From IMG/VR virus record IMGVR_UViG_3300037516_000306, positions 1-64,000 of that record: DNA of 64,000 bases; one strand, given 5' to 3'. Source of the DNA: a virus. Under the pieces are notes generated by a model. The model saw nothing but the letters and a program-made list of their open reading frames with translations. It was not told where the DNA came from and did not search any database. Shown here one piece after another: positions 63,695 through 64,000 of the stretch. A program made the translations under genes and the position numbers. The number at the start of each line of letters is the position of its first letter. Position 1 is the first letter of the stretch.

Positions 63695-63841
63695 ATGGTA
63701 GATATATCAATTATTGAACAGTTAGGATTAACTGATGACCAAGTACGTAATATTGTACTAGAGTGGTATACAAATGGTATGTGTTCTTGCATTTTTCAAA
63801 ATGAAGAAGGAGAAGACCTAGAAGAATATCTTGAACAATGA
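63695..63841 (+). CDS. 48-aa acidic hypothetical protein
   Basis: ATG ORF; ATGA overlap with the next ORF. Confidence 0.55.
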   Translation: MVDISIIEQLGLTDDQVRNIVLEWYTNGMCSCIFQNEEGEDLEEYLEQ

Positions 63842-63963
63842 AACAACTAATCATTAAACATAAGAAACCTATAGTGATAATTATAGGTCTTATAGCATTG
63901 AATCTATATTTTGGCTTTGATGCCAGATTTACAATCATTAACTTATTATGGTTATTATTATAA
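63838..63963 (+). CDS. 41-aa membrane peptide
   Basis: Basic N-terminus followed by a hydrophobic remainder. Confidence 0.5.
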   Translation: MKQLIIKHKKPIVIIIGLIALNLYFGFDARFTIINLLWLLL

Positions 63964-64000
63964 ACAATAAAAAATAAAACTATGGAAAAAGAAATCACAA

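Noticed and set aside
59629-63998. ORF-track entries 59629-59856(+), 60104-60307(-), 60561-60746(-), 60975-61175(-), 61348-61581(-), 61707-61907(+), 63711-63998(-)
   Set aside because: They oppose local gene orientation or overlap better-supported genes or promoters, and show no motifs

Overview
About 64 kb of a crAss-like bacteriophage genome (Crassvirales; phi14:2-like gene order, probably environmental) whose promoters point to a Bacteroidota host. It reads with the standard genetic code. Positions 1-59.7 kb are a minus-strand late/virion region. Read in transcription order it holds: wHTH, HU/IHF-like and Zn-finger genes, terminase, portal, putative scaffold, major capsid protein, ring/auxiliary capsid/tail-hub genes, Thr/Cys-rich fibre genes, a metallophosphoesterase, further ring proteins, a muzzle (tail stabilisation) gene that appears split into three, cargo proteins, a 4390-aa virion RNA polymerase polyprotein (DFDID), a 1635-aa nuclease-bearing partner, and a >1134-aa Gly-Thr-Ser repeat fibre that the ORF track missed. 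After a strand switch near 59.9 kb come small plus-strand early genes, structured intergenic RNA candidates and a tmRNA with a very long (35-codon) tag. The most notable observations are: (1) a modular virion decoration system (two shared N-terminal anchor domains, poly-Thr linkers, Cys modules, split muzzle); (2) cargo proteins punctuated by xxxGG motifs whose duplicated copies flank inserted cassettes; (3) two operator-like motifs at fixed or similar distances from host-type promoters; (4) the long-tag tmRNA. Family assignments rest on motifs and synteny recalled from knowledge; no database search was run.
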